From assembly GCA_029717555.1 (NCBI GenBank), contig JAMDHS010000006.1, forward strand, positions 1 through 64,000: a stretch of DNA of 64,000 nt. Reading direction: 5' to 3'. The notes beneath the pieces are model-generated. The model was not told where the DNA came from. It worked only from the letters and a program-made list of their open reading frames with translations, and did no database searches. This document shows, in pieces, positions 26,152-36,305 of this stretch (position 1 is the first letter of the stretch; each line of letters begins with the position of its first letter). The DNA comes from Peribolospora baueri (lineage: Eukaryota). The translations under genes were made by a program, and so were the position numbers.

Positions 26152-26967
26152 ATGCTCTCCCGTGTCGTACCCACTCTGCGAACGGCATCGTCTGTCTCTC
26201 GGCTCGCGTCACCGTCCTCGAGGCGCCTCGCTAGCGGCCACCACGGGCCGAGCTACAACCCGCCCACTGGAAGGCTATTCGGAGAGAAAGTGAGTGGAAA
26301 GCCTGCTTACGACGAGAGGGGAACGGCGAACTTGGGTGAAGAAAGCAGTTTTGGATGGATTCGAAGAGAGGAAGGCGGTATTTGGAGATTTATGAACACC
26401 GGCTTCCTTACTCGAACCTCTTTGCATGCCCAACTGACACCTTCCCAATCTGTCTTCCACAACCTATCGTTCAGCCCGTTCCGCCTGGACAGAAGCGTGT
26501 GAAGCAAGATTGGGAGACGATCTATTACTTGGGCATGTTTGGCGGCATGGCATTGGCCGCTGTGCTGTTGATGTACAAGCCTGATACGACGTGAGTTCCA
26601 GAGAAAGGATTGCGGCTGTTGTTAAAACGTTTGGACGATGGAGCGCAGGCGGGAGGGTGTAGAAGAAAGAAGCGGGTTTATTGGCTTTGGCATGGCTGGA
26701 AGTAGGACTTACTTGCACTGCATCTGGAGCGGCGGTGGCGGCGGGGCGGGAGCAGCGTCACGGTAGCAATGTCGCGCACAGTGCTCATAATCCTCGACTA
26801 TGTCTAACCGGTGACGCTGTCTGTCTTCTGCTCTCACCTCTCCGCAACGTCTACGCCATTCTCCACACAGCGTCCAGTCTTGGGCCATGGTGGAGGCGAA
26901 GAAGAACCTGGACGCGAGCGGTGAAGCGTGGCAGTACAAGCCGGCCGATTCGCAGCAGCAGCAGTAA
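26152..26967 (+). CDS. NDUFB11: Complex I ESSS subunit (NDUFB11-like), 3 exons
   Basis: Mitochondrial presequence, YNPPTGRLFGEK|PVPPGQKRVKQDWETIYY, TM helix, YKPDT|SVQSWAMVEAKKNL. Confidence 0.88.
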
Positions 26968-27386
26968 TTGTAGTTCAGTCGGATTGAAGGGAGTCGGACG
27001 GCTCCTATTGTTTGCTGTGATAGAGTTGCTGTGAACTTCGAAGCCTTGTGTTGCGCCTTGCAATATATGAACATGTGTGGCGTAAGCCTCGCCGTGAGAA
27101 AAGGCACTGGCCTGTGGAAAGTCGCATGTACACATGTGCCGTGAAGCAGGGTAAAGTGCAGCATGAAAGATTCTGGATAGGGAACCTCCGAAATGACACC
27201 TGACCGGTCATACGTAAGGGCAGTTCGTCCCCTGGGTTGGCACCCCTGTCATCACTCCACCACCCCAGGGAACTAGCACGCCCTCCCGAATAGAGACCTT
27301 CCCAACATCTATTCCAGTCGTTCTCGCACGTAGAGAAGGGGGACATGGTGTGAAGGAGTACAACTACAAGCAAGCGCGACCAGTTC

Positions 27387-27952
27387 TCATTCGACGTCGA
27401 TCTTGCGGAACCCTTGGACCTGTTCACCAGTGGCAGGACGGGGAAAGGAAGAGGTGCGACGGCAGACGGAGAGGGAGACGGGGCGCGGGCGAGGCAGTGA
27501 AGAGTGAAGCCGCGAATGCGCCAGTAAGGAGCGAGGATGAGTTGAAAAGATAACCACAATCAGATCTGAGCCGTCGTATCTGGATGGCGAGGGCGGCCAC
27601 TTCAACCTTCTCTATCTCAACCCCACCCCTGTCGCTCACGTACCTTATGGTCCTTCAACATCTCCAAATACCGCTCGGCGAGGTGGTGACAGGTCTGATA
27701 ATGATTCACGCCCTCGGTCTTCTGACACTTCTGCAGCTCTTCTCGCACCAGCCGGGCTTCCATCGTCCTGACCCAGGACTCGCGAATCTTCGCATCGCGT
27801 TCGTCGATGATGGCTGTGGGGAGATGCGTGGAACCGCCAATGGCGAATAAGAGCGATGCGGGACGGATTGTAAAGAAAAGGTAAAAGACGGCCGGCCTCG
27901 ATCCTCGGAGCGATCGCTATTACTCACCCTTGTAATCTTCCGTGGTCGGCAT
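27387..27952 (-). CDS. NDUFB10: Complex I 12-kDa subunit (NDUFB10-like), 3 exons, mostly absent from the ORF track
   Basis: MPTTEDYK|AIIDERDAKIRESWVRTMEARLVREELQKCQKTEGVNHYQTCHHLAERYLEMLKDHK|VQGFRKIDVE*. Confidence 0.88.
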
Positions 27953-28225
27953 GTTGCTATCCTGTGTGATGTCTGTGGTCGTTTTGTGATCCTTTGGTCC
28001 GGCGGACGAAGACGGTCCGGCTCGGCCTTTGCGCATAAGTAGCATACTTTCCGTACACGCAGCACGGGCGATCGGCCGGTTGCACCGCCGCAGCCGCGCC
28101 TTCGAAGGTTAGGCGGGCGGGAAGTAGTTGGACACGTAGAGGGGTCGTTGCTGGCGGTCACCTCCGACCCAACCTCCATTTCCTTTCCCCCTTGACTTCC
28201 CTCCTTCTATTCCTTAGCTCTCGCC

Positions 28226-30557
28226 ATGTCTCTCCCCTCCGGCGTCGCAGCCCAGGCGGCTTCTTCCGCTGGCCTCAAAGTCGACATCATCACCAAAGCC
28301 GCTAATGAGCACCCCAAGCCGGAGAACATCGTTTACTCGTACGGCACTGCCGGCTTTCGGACCAAGTGAGCATCCCCGTACGAACTCGATTCTGGTTTCA
28401 TTGTGGGAAACGCAGTGTAGTCTTGTATCCAAAGCGCAGAGCTGAAGATGGACTCTGTCCAACCCACTCCCCTTGTCCATGCTTGCAATTGGCCGTCAGG
28501 GCCAACATCCTCGACTCGGTGCTGTTCCGCGTCGGTATCGTCGCCGCCTTGCGGAGCAAGAAGCAGAATGGAAAAACCATCGGCGTCATGGTCACTGCTA
28601 GCCACAATCCTGAGGAGGTGAGTGAGGACGGCGTGTCTACTTTCGGCGGAGCATGTAGGAGATCGACGCGCGATGGGGACGATCTACATCTGTAAGCCGC
28701 TTCTGTGCTAACGCGGCCCCTTTTGCCTCCTTTTTATCACCGTCACCCCTTTATCAGGACAATGGTGTCAAGCTAGTTGACCCGCGTGGAGAAATGCTCG
28801 AAGCTGCCTGGGAGGGCTACAGCACCACCGTTGCGAACGCCCCCACGGCCGCCGCGCTAGTTTCGACGCTCAGCGACCTCATTTCGACCGCGCGCATCGA
28901 CCTTTCCGTTCCTGCCTCGGTTGTGTATGCCCACGATACGCGACCCTCCTCGAACGCGCTCATCAAGGCGCTTGAGGACGGCTTGGCATGCTTGGACACG
29001 GCTGCTATTCCCGCTGGGCTGAAGACTACTCCGCAGCTGCATTACTTCGTCAGGTGCCTGAACACCAAGGGCTCCGAGAACGCGTATGGCGAGCCGACTG
29101 AGGAGGGGTACTACAAGAAGCTGTCGGCGGCGTACATCAAGTTGGTGGTGAGTGTCTGGATACATCCGGTGATATCATCGATCGCTCAGAAAGGAGGAGC
29201 TTGGATCGGTGTCTCTTGAACGCGGGGCGCTCATCCCCTATCACTCCCTTGGATTCCTTTAATAGTCCGATAAGACCCGCTTCACGACCCCCGTCACTGT
29301 CGACTGCTCCAACGGCGTCGGCGCGACGGCCCTGACCGCTTTCGCAAAGCACATCCCCTCCGATCTTTTGCCCTTGCGCATCCTCCGCTCCGACATCACA
29401 ACCCCGGGCGTGCTCAACAACGGCTGTGGAGCAGACTACGTCAAGACTAACCAGCGCCTGCCCATCGGCATGGAGAAGGATGGCCTTCAGCCGCTGGAGC
29501 GCATCGCGAGCTTCGACGGCGACGCGGACCGGATCGTGTACTACTACCTCGACGAGCAGGGCAAGTTTCATCTCCTCGACGGAGACAAGATCGCGAGCTT
29601 GGCGGCGGTGTACATCGGGGAGCTCGTGGAAAAGGCCGAGGTACCGCTCAAGGTCGGCGTTGTGCAGACGGCGTACGCTAATGGCAGTTCGACAAAGTAT
29701 CTCAAGCAGGTAAGCGAGCCTGATTGTGGTCGGAGGGTCTCGCGTGGTCTCGGTGGCTGACAGATGCTTTTCTTGTTCGTCTGCCTCGGCGTCCATCAGC
29801 GCGTGCCCGTGACTTGCGTGCCTACCGGAGTGAAGCACCTCCACCATGCAGCCGAGTCCTTCGACGTCGGCGTCTACTTCGAAGCCAACGGCCACGGCAC
29901 GGTGCTCTTCTCTCCCTCCGCTATCCATCTTCTCCAGACCCCCTCTCCCGGCTCCCCAGCTGCCCAGCACGCTAGAGAAGAACTATTGGCGCTGACGGAG
30001 CTCATCAACCAGACCGTCGGAGACGCCATCTCGGACATGCTCCTCGTCGAGACCATTCTTCGCGCCCGCAACTGGGGTCCGGCGGAATGGGACACGGCGT
30101 ACCTCGACTTGCCCAACAAGCTCGTCAAGGTCAACGTCAAGGACCGCAGTGCGTTCCGAACCGAGGACGCAGAAAGGAGGCTGGTCAGCCCTGAGGGGCT
30201 GCAGGAGAAGATCGATGAGTTGGTGGGCAAGTACAAAGACGGGAGAAGCTTTGTGAGGCCGAGTGGCACTGAGGATTGCGTGAGGGTGTATGCGGAGGCG
30301 GCCATCAGCGGTCAAGTCAACGGTGAGTCCGAGTCCCTCTTACTAGGCTCGGCCTGGCTGGAGGGTCGAATGCTGTTCCATCACTGACGAGATAGCACCG
30401 AAGTGCGCTGTGATATGACTGACTGACAAGGCCGTTTGTCCCTTGCTTCCCCTCGTCTTCTCCATCCCGCCTCGCAGAGTTGGCCTACAAGGTCGCCGGA
30501 CTGGTCTACGCGGCCGGTGGCTTGGAGCCTTCCAAGCGTCCACGCGAGTTCCTCTGA
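28226..30557 (+). CDS. PCM1: Phosphoacetylglucosamine mutase, multi-exon
   Basis: [64 protein letters not shown]. Confidence 0.96.
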
Positions 30558-31059
30558 TAGAGCGCGAGGAAGAATATAATGGACGTGGCGCAGCAGCTCT
30601 GCATAGGTTCATGACCGGCAAGAGGGCTACCTGTCTCGTCATAGACTGCTTGGGTAAAAGCGAAGGAACTTTTCTGGATACCCCTATGTAAGGAAGAAGT
30701 GAAACCAAGGACCTCGAAGAACGGACTTTCAATGTGATCTCAAGCGCCGCAGCCTGCCTTCTCGATCTGGTCGGTATGAGGTCGCGTCAGGCTGGCTTCG
30801 CTTCTCCGTGTGGCGACGTCGTGACTAGTTTTCTGAGGTCGCTTCTCGTGGCGTTAACTTATCTACTTGTATAAGTAAGTATGGCCCTTCGCAGAGACTC
30901 ATATTTCAGATGAGCTCACGTCCATCTCTGCGTCCGCCCACCATCTTGGCGAAGATGAGCGTCGTTTCCCTTGACTCCGGGAACACGCTTTCCCTTGTCC
31001 ATCTAGCCCTCTAGCCACAGTTCACCCTCGCTTCTTCGTTTCTTTCCTTCTGTGACATT

Positions 31060-31371
31060 AAATCCCCCAGCTTGGTCAGCGGCCGGCAGACCTTGTTAAA
31101 AAACAGGTCGTTCGTCTCCAAGCCGTGCCGCTCTAGAGGGCTGGGCAGATTGACTGTGAGCGATGGATGCATGACCCTCACATGGGTTTCGCTCGACGCC
31201 TTTTACTCGACCGGTCGACGCGCAGTGGCTTCTTCTCCTTCTTCTGTCAGCGTTGGCTTGTCAACTCCCTTCCTAAGAAGGGGGGGCAGGTAACACGCGC
31301 TGAGGGCGAAGGAGAGCCACTTTAACGACGCTCGAGCGGAGCAGTGGCACTGTATGAGGCTACAAACATTT
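31060..31371 (+). ncRNA. Putative box H/ACA-like snoRNA (~310 nt)
   Basis: Hairpin 31066-31145 with an internal loop; H-box-like AGATTG(A) at 31147; second long hairpin 31198-31360 rich in G-U pairs on the + strand; ACA at 31362 and 31366 followed by a T-run; no credible ORF. Confidence 0.6.
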
Positions 31372-31836
31372 TCTGTCATCTTACAGATCTCAAAAATGCC
31401 AAATTATGAGCCAAGTCTTCCGCTCTTGAGATTTCCTTTGACGGATAGTGCACGGCAGAGCGGAGCCTCGCATGGCTCGGGTCTGGCAGAGCGCACCAGA
31501 GTCCGGCAGCCGTCAACGTCTCATTGCAAGAGTACACCGCAGACCACCAGCAGCAATAAGAGAAGTGCTTTCATTTAAACCCCTCGAGATGCAGCAGAAC
31601 AGACATCTAAGCGAGCGGAGCAGGTCAACCAGGCTGAGAAAAACCAATTGGCCACGTTATGGGTGACCAGCGAGCAAGAATCCGGGAGAGAGAGAGAGCA
31701 GGCAGGCAATTCGTATCCAGATGGGTCGCACGTGACCGATCAACCATCGCGAATGCGTGGACCTTGGGCCATCCCTTCCCCATTCTTCAGACTACCTACA
31801 CCTCTTCCTCCCAATCGCCCGCACCCCTGCGACGCT

Positions 31837-33683
31837 ATGTCTGTCCCCCCACCGACCACCTTCACTGCTGTGGCGGCGCATGCGTCTGCGCCCACGCGGA
31901 TCGACATGCGCAAGTTCGACCCGGACGACCCACGCGTGCACTTCTCTCAGGCGGACAACGCTTGGAGGTTTGAGGACGACGATGGAAACGAGTACGAGTG
32001 GGATCCCAAGAAGGAGAGCTGGGTGGAGGTGGTGAGTGGGCGAGACGGCTTGCGGAAGGCCGCGCAAGGGCCGATGTTTGGATATTGCCTGACGCGCTCA
32101 TCCGCCCTTCCGCTGCCCAGCTGGACGAAGATCTGATCAAGAAGCAACAAGCTGCCTACTCCGTCGCTGGTGTGGACGAAAACGTGAGTTCGTCCAGACT
32201 TTCCTTCTCCTCTAAGACTCCAGGTACGACTCCGTCACTGTCTCTGCATTTCTATCCTTACTATTCCCGGTTATTAGGCTCCGGCGGCTCCCGTCGTCGC
32301 GCGAGAGAGCAAGAAGCGAAGAGTGGATTACACCTCCAATACACCGGATGACGGACCAGCGGCAAAGAAGGGCCGAAGAGGCCGGTCCGGCGGCGACGCC
32401 TCTCTGGATCGATCGGCTGAGGATAGCAAATCGGGCTCCCGGACGCCCAAGCCCATCACCGCTGTTTACGTGACGGGGCTGCCGGCAGACGCGACATTGG
32501 ACGAGCTCGCATCCACCTTCGGCCGGTACGGTGTGTTGATGGAGGACGACGAGGGCCAGCCGAAGATTAAGATGTACACGGACGAGAAGGGAAACTTCAA
32601 GTGTGAGGCTCTTGTCGTCTATTTCAAACCAGAGAGCGTGGACCTTGCCGTCCGGTTGTTGGACGAGACAAGTCTCCGACTCGGGGATGCCGAGAAAACT
32701 ATGCGGGTGCAGAGAGCCGAGTTTGATAAGGGGAAGGAGGAGGGGGGTGGAAATGGGACGGGTAAGGAGGCCAGGAGCAAGGCGCTGGCCGCGGCGGAGA
32801 AGAAGAGGATACAGAAACGGATGGGCAAGATGCAGAGGTGGGCTTCAGATCTCGTCGCTCACTCTTGCTCACGTCTTCATCCTCTCGACAAGATTGGCGG
32901 ATTTGTGCTCACCCGGCGTCGACTCGACGACCGTTGCCCTCCTTCTTTCACGCTAGTAAATTGAATGACTGGGACTCAGACGAAGATTCACTCTTCGCGG
33001 ACGCCACTTCCGACAACCGCTACGTCGACAAAGGGCCCTCCAAAACAACGCGCTTCCCAAGAGTGGTGGTGCTCAAGCACATGTTCAGACTGGAGGAGCT
33101 CGAGGAGGACGCGAGCTTGCTGTTGGATCTCAAGGAGGACGTGAGAGAAGAGTGCGAGAAGTTGGGTGACGTACGCAATATAACCCTCTATGATGTGAGT
33201 ATGGATGGCCGTGCGGCATGAATCGGTTCATCTGTACGAGGCGTGCGTCGATTCAGTCGCTCAACCTGCTCGACGCTCTTCCCCCCCCGTCCGCGCTTCT
33301 CCATACTGAGCAGAAAGAGAAGGATGGCGTCATCACAGTCAAGTTCGCAGATGAGCTCTCAGCGCAAGCCTGCGTCGCGGTGAGTCCCGTTCGACGCCTT
33401 CAGTCCACACTTAAGAGGCGACGAGGCTTACCGCGCCGCCGCTTCCACGACCAATATATGCCCATCGACCGAGAAGAAAATGAACGGCCGTTTCTTCGGT
33501 GGCCAACAAGTGATAGCCTACATCTACGACGGCAAAGAGCGTTTCGTGCGAACTGGCGGAGCCAGCGGACTAGGCGGAGGGGACGAGGAGAATGCAGAAG
33601 ACGAGGAGAAGAAGCGGATCGAGGCGTTTGGGGATTGGTTGGAAGGTGGAGGTGACGACGGTGGGGACGAGGACCGGGTGTGA
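31837..33683 (+). CDS. CUS2: U2 snRNP-associated Tat-SF1/Cus2/Uap2, two RRMs, multi-exon
   Basis: TAVYVTGLP, IKMYTDEKGNFKCEALVVYFKPESVDLA, VVVLKHMF..LLDLKEDVREECEKLG, MNGRFFGGQ. Confidence 0.9.
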
Positions 33684-34068
33684 ACCGGCCGGCTGTACAA
33701 GACCTGTTGTTCCCGAGGTCGTAGAGAACCTGTCTCCTCGGTTCCAAACCGTCCCATGAACGTCGTGGAGAGTCAGAAAGCCATCTGATGATTTGGCAGC
33801 CGGCCCGGTCGACTCTACTGCCCCTTTTGCCGAGAACCGGCGCCTCAAAACTAGGCCGCACTAAGCACGCTCGGTCTTGTCCATTTCCTCATTCCAACTT
33901 CGGTAGTGCTTCTGGTATTCGACCTGGAATGTCCATGACCCTCATACGCCGGCAGAGAGTATGTACGTGGAATATATGCCGACGTCGGCAAGCAGCAAGT
34001 AGGTCAACCTGTTATCTCCCTGCGCCAGACCAGATCTGATCTCCTCCACAGTAAGCTCGAATCCTCCT

Positions 34069-34394
34069 TCAGCTCTTCCCCGCGACGGCTTCTGCTGCTA
34101 TCGGCTCTTGTACGGCCTTGGCGTTCACGGCAACCGCCTGGGAGCGAAAGCAAGTAATGGTGAAGCGCAGCGAAGCATGTCCAAGTCGCAGGGGGCGGGT
34201 TGGTATGGAGACAGAGAAATGCCCATGATGGAGTAGGAAACGATCAGCATAAAGCTAGTCTCGAGTCTTTCAAACGAGCCTTTCGGCCCAAGGCAAACGA
34301 CCAAAGAGCGACTCACATGGTAGACGACGATGAGGATTATGGTCATGCAGCCGAACCAGTTTGCCAAGAGAGCGAGGGTGTCGTCGGAGATCAT
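34069..34394 (-). CDS. OST4: Oligosaccharyltransferase small subunit Ost4, 2 exons
   Basis: MISDDTLALLANWFGCMTIILIVVYH|AVAVNAK... matches the Ost4 MIsD..L..GxxxxxLIVxYH pattern. Confidence 0.88.
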
Positions 34395-34813
34395 TTCCGC
34401 GATGGCATCGACCGATTCGGTCCGAAGGTTGATGCGGGCAGCTGGGAGTTGGGTACCCGAGTGTCAGTCGCAGTCATGTCCGTCGCCCGAGGCTCAGCAA
34501 GCGCAGGCCTCGACCAGTGACGATGTTGCTCACCTCTTCGGTTCTGGTTCTCGAGTTCCTCTACCAGTGCTCTCCAGCGATGTCAATTTAAGCTGGCCGT
34601 CGTGTCAGTGGTGCGAAGCTGGCCAGCGGAGCATCAGCCGGCGAGTGTAACCCTACTTTCCGTAGAAGAGGCATATAAGTACGTTTTAAAATAAGCATTG
34701 TCCGCATTGCTAATGCCAATTCGACAACGACCACGGCCAGCCGTTCTTCCGTCTTCAACCGAACCCGATTGATACTTCCCCCTCCATCATCACCACCATC
34801 AACATCATCGAAA

Positions 34814-35799
34814 ATGAGGCCGACGATCGTCGCGCAGAGCGGTATGCCTACGGGTGAGTTGGTTTGCTTCGCTTTTCATTCGTCCTGAACGAGTCCTCTT
34901 CTGCTTCCTTGATCAACTGCTTGGTCGTCACGCATGGTACGCGGAGTGCGCGGATGGCGGTTGCTCATCGCGTCATTACCGCACCTTTTGCCTCGTCTTC
35001 TTCTGTCTCCAATATCATTCGCCTGATCGCGGCCGTTCCAACAGGCAAGCACTACGTGAGTGAACCAACGCCCCACGCCGGATCTCTCTAAAGCTTCTTG
35101 TGTGCGGCCCGTCGCCCGCTATCTCCTAGTTGACACCATCTACGGTATTCCCAACCTGCTGTTCATGTTGATCCTGGTTACCACAGACGGGCTGGTGGGG
35201 TAACATGGGTGGCCCGAAGCAGAAGGGCGTGATCCAGTACAGTGAGTGGACGACGAAAGGACAGGAGCGAATCGCCTCGTTGCTCCTCCGATCCTTGGTT
35301 CTTCACCTCACCACTCACTTCTTCCCTTGCCTTTTGCCCACCAGCCATCTCTCCCTTCCAGACTCGCGCGATGGCGGGCGCTTTCAAGGGCTACATCTTC
35401 AACGGCTTTACCCGTATCGCGCACCAGGCTCCTTACTTTGCCATTCCCTTCGCTCTCGGTGAGTGTGGCGTTTCGGCATTATCCGTTTATATTTCGTCAC
35501 GGGTGGGAAGGGTGGAGAAAAAGGGAACTGCTGGCCGGGAAAGTTGATGGCGTTTTGGCAGCGAGGACGGGAGAATCCGGTTGGCCGAAGCTACGCTCCA
35601 CGACGAATGACATTAAAAGGGCTCTTCTCTCGCCTCGTCCTCTTACTCTCTCGCTTTGTCCTTTCGTGCTGATCCGGGGTCTTCCTCGCTCTGCTCTCCC
35701 CACGCCGACATGACAGGCTACGGCATCATTAGCTGGGGCAAGTCCAAGAACGCGTACTTGAACTCCAAGGAGGGCCACCTCCTCCACGCCGAGCACTAG
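34814..35799 (+). CDS. QCR8: Cytochrome bc1 complex subunit 8, 5 exons
   Basis: GKHY|TGWWGNMGGPKQKGVIQY..SPFQ..FNGFTRI..YFAIPF..YLNSKEG. Confidence 0.92.
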
Positions 35800-36305
35800 T
35801 CGACATGTATAGATGACAAGTTGGAGCACTAAGGAGTTGCAGGGACCATGGACCGCCACGGACATGCCCCCGTCGCGTATACGACGAGAATGGTGGACGT
35901 TGGCTAGTCAGTATTGCGTGTGGATAGTATATGGCATTGAAGTGTTCGGACACCCTTCACGAGCCTGCGTTCGCCGCGGCTTCCGGTCGGTCGCACCAGC
36001 GGATCTTACATCCAAAGCCGTCGTCTGCGAAAGCTCCAGAGACAAGACGTTCTTTCTAACTGTTCCGCAAAACAGCGCGTGCCCTCTTCATTAGGCTATG
36101 CTTGTCCCGCACCTTGCCTAGCTAACCTCTTCACAACTGAGCTACTTCAGCCAGGTGTTTGTTGCTCGCGTTCGAGAGGTCTGCCGGAAAAGGATTTAAG
36201 CGGTGATAGCCGGACCACATGCTTCGATCATCCCTCGAAATCGGCTACTCCCCATTCCTCCATACTCCTCCATCTTTCCACCCAATTCCTACCTACCTGC
36301 TAATC

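Noticed and set aside
31197..31207. CGCCTTTTACT resembling U5 snRNA loop 1
   Set aside because: No extended U5 stem I or Sm site; the sequence is better explained as the basal stem of the H/ACA-like 3' hairpin
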